Positions 35,973-38,252 of a stretch of 38,252 nt of DNA are shown one piece after another. Source of the DNA: Octopus bimaculoides (Eukaryota); contig NC_068997.1 in assembly GCF_001194135.2 (NCBI RefSeq), positions 40,552,791 through 40,591,042 of the forward strand. Reading direction: 5' to 3'. The notes below the pieces were generated by a model. The model was given only the letters and a program-made list of their open reading frames with translations, did no database searches and was not told the DNA's origin. Numbering within the stretch: position 1 is the first letter of the stretch; the number at the start of each line of letters is the position of its first letter. Made by a program: the position numbers and the translations under genes.

Positions 35973-36564
35973 GAAGAATGTATGAAATGGAGGTACGACC
36001 AGGTTGGAAAAGTTATACACTGGAAACTGTGCTAGAAATGGGGATTTCAAGCGGGAAACACGATACAACCATCGAATCGAAAGAGTGCTAGAGTTGGAGA
36101 AATGTAAAATTGTGTGGGACTTTCCTATTCAAACGGACAAGAAATTAGAAAGCGACAGACCAGACATAGCAATTGTAGATAAGGAAAAACGAAGTTGCTA
36201 GCTTATCGACCCATCATGTCTGCTTGATTCCAGAATCGTAAAGAAAGAGAAAGAAATTAAAAAAATACAATCCCTTAAAGTTTGAAATATGAAGAATTTA
36301 GAGCATGCAAACAGTAAACGTAATGCCTATAATAACTGGTGCGTTGAGAATAATAAGCCAAGATATAGACAAATGGCTGGAGGAGATTGAAATAGAATGC
36401 CCGGTAGAGCTCCTACAGAAAGTTTGTCTCTTAAGGAGAGCAAGGATTATCAAGAAGATTCTAAGCACTTGAAAGACTGCTGAAAACTTGTGGATACTTA
36501 AGGTTACGGGTAGCAACCCGCTATACACATAATTCCTACTGAAACTGAGCCAAACCAAAATCGT
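35973..36564 (+). mobile_element. 5'-truncated R4/Dong-like element: restriction-like endonuclease domain and 3' end
   Basis: WRYDQVGKVIHWKLC, KIVWDFPIQTDKKLESDRPDIAIVDKEKRSC*LIDPSC (PD..D RLE motif), PIITGAL, LLQKVCLLRRARIIKKILST* (stop 36470-36472); followed by AAT(GAT)n. Confidence 0.82.
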
Positions 36565-36565
36565 A

Positions 36566-36596
<31 letters not shown>

Positions 36597-36640
36597 GGAG
36601 GAGGAGGAGGAGGAGGAGGAGGAGGGGAAGAGGAAAGGGA
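36565..36640. repeat. (GAT)n(GAG)n microsatellite
   Basis: Directly visible. Confidence 0.97.
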
Positions 36641-36845
36641 GAGAGGGATGAAGAGGATTGCTTCCATTTTCCCCGCAAAGCCAGCAACTTTGAGGGCAGT
36701 GTTCATTCGAATTTATCGACACCAGTTCTTGAGGGGTACTTTATTTTATCGACATCAAAAAAACGAAGTCGACCACCACGATATTTCAACCTGCAATGTA
36801 GAGAGTTGGAAGTAATACTGCATCGCATTCTTTCTGGAGCTCTAG

Positions 36846-37705
36846 GATAAAGGATATTGGTACAAATTTTGGGGTGAATAAGTTTTAATTGCGTAGATAT
36901 GCTGGAAGATTATGCCTGATGAAAAGACAATGAAAGATACAAGAACCTTGTGAGTGGTGCGGGTAAGGGGAGAGAAAATGAGAGGGAGAGTCTCTAAGGA
37001 GTATAAGAGAAGAGTTAGGGAAGTATCTGATAACAAAATTAAGGATTGTTTTCAAGGCAACCAATACTGTTATCTCAACAAGCCAGTGTTAAGTCCCTGG
37101 CTCCTTTTTAAAGGTAAACCGAAGCAAAGCTATAGGAATTGAATAGAAGACCTACAAAGCTGCTCAGAATATATAAGCACACCATCTTACATGTAATATC
37201 TACAAGCTCTAAGGCGGCAAGATTGCAGAGTCGTTAGCACGCAAGGCAAAATGCTTAGCGGCATTTCGTCCGTCTTTACGTTTTAAGTTCAAATTCCGCT
37301 GAGATCGACTCTACCTTTCCATCCTTTCGGGGTCGATAAAACAAGTACCAGTTGAGTACTTGGATCGATGTAATCGACTTAATTCCACCGCACCCGAAAT
37401 TCCTGGCCTTGAGCCAAAATTTGAAATCAGTATAAATAAGGTGGCGACTTATTGAAATCATTAGGATGCAGGGCAAAATGGTTAGCAGCATTTCCTCCGT
37501 CTTCACGTTCTGAGTTCAGATAATTATGCCAAAGTCCAGTTTGCGTTTCATCCTTTCGGGGTCGATAAAATAAGTACCAGTTAAGTACTGGGGTCTATGT
37601 AATCGGCTAACCCATCCTATGAAAATGGTGGCTTTGTGCCAAAGTTTGAAACGAATATCTACAAGCTCTACTTTCCAAGAAGGAGACAGTCATTTGTTGA
37701 ATGCA
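36846..37705 (+). mobile_element. R4/Dong-like RT C-terminal relic interrupted by a SINE dimer
   Basis: KDIGTNFGVNK, EKMRGRVSKEYKRRVREV, ELNRRPTKLL and IYKLY|FPRKE, which resumes after the SINE dimer. Confidence 0.65.
37212..37653 (+). mobile_element. Head-to-tail dimer of Meta-like SINEs inside one 17-bp TSD
   Basis: aatatctacaagctcta at 37195-37211 and 37654-37670; monomers at ~37213-37420 and ~37440-37653. Confidence 0.88.
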
Positions 37706-37759
37706 CAAGATACCATCAGAATTGCGATCTAGAAGTTAGAAAACTATGCTGTGAATAAT

Positions 37760-38210
37760 GAAGAAAATGACTGAGTGAGTTCAAAAGACTTATTTTATAG
37801 AATGGGTAAGGTTCTGAAGAAAAAGCTCAATTCCCGAAACTTTGCGATTGCTATCAGTTCTCTGGAAACTCGGTAAAATTGAGGAAATGGACCTATGTAC
37901 ATAGAAATTGCTGTATTAATTCCTACTCTTCTACCCGAAAACATATGTAACGTGCCTGTATATGGAGCAAAAACGCTGCGGCCGTTGCTTGATTAGTATA
38001 TCAGAATGTATTTCTACAGAAAAACGGACGCTGATTTTTTGTTTGTTAAACAGCAACGAAGCTTTGCTTTAAGATGTTGAGTCATTAGGTTTGAAGAAAT
38101 ACAAGCCAAAGATTGACACAAAGAAAGTGTAGAAAAGGAGAGAGTTAAAATTTGGAGGTCAATGGACATGCATGGAAAACTTGAAAGTAAATAATGTTGA
38201 TATTTAACAC
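37760..38210 (+). mobile_element. Fourth R4/Dong-like relic (RT C-terminal region)
   Basis: YRMGKVLKKKLNSRNFAIAI, YPKTYVTCLYMEQKRCGRCLISISECISTEKRTL and WRSMDMHGK. Confidence 0.65.
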
Positions 38211-38252
38211 ATATTTTACAAGGTTCTTGTATCTTTCATTGTCTTTTCATCA

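Noticed and set aside
5070-36930. Other CTGATGA heptamers (e.g. ~5076 minus, ~5853, ~36916)
   Set aside because: No stem II followed by GAAA at the right spacing, so not hammerheads.

Overview
AT-rich eukaryotic non-coding DNA, almost certainly from an octopus or other coleoid cephalopod draft assembly. This is inferred from the SINE repertoire, the dense (CA)n/(ATT)n/(ATC)n microsatellites and five N-gaps. I cannot support any intact host protein-coding gene; nearly all ORFs in the track are microsatellite or antisense read-throughs. The window is a transposon graveyard. It holds a complete but dead Chapaev3-type DNA transposon (6208-8848; TIRs, TAA TSD, intron-split transposase), an internally deleted Tc1/mariner, an RTE LINE relic, a Penelope-like relic, two L1/Tx1 pieces, four co-oriented R4/Dong-like pieces and about 25 tRNA-derived SINE copies from several families. 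The most unusual signal is at 18495-19727: two fold-back insertions, each with a ~12-bp TSD. Each joins a tRNA-like Pol III head to a tail carrying a minimal type I hammerhead ribozyme motif (CUGAUGA-stem II-GAAAC-GUU) present on both strands. This suggests a SINE/retrozyme hybrid mobilised by Penelope-like elements. Second is a nested LINE pile-up on an (AAT)n tract at 30770-36564. Family names come from remembered motifs, not database searches, and relic boundaries are approximate unless TSDs or TIRs are quoted.
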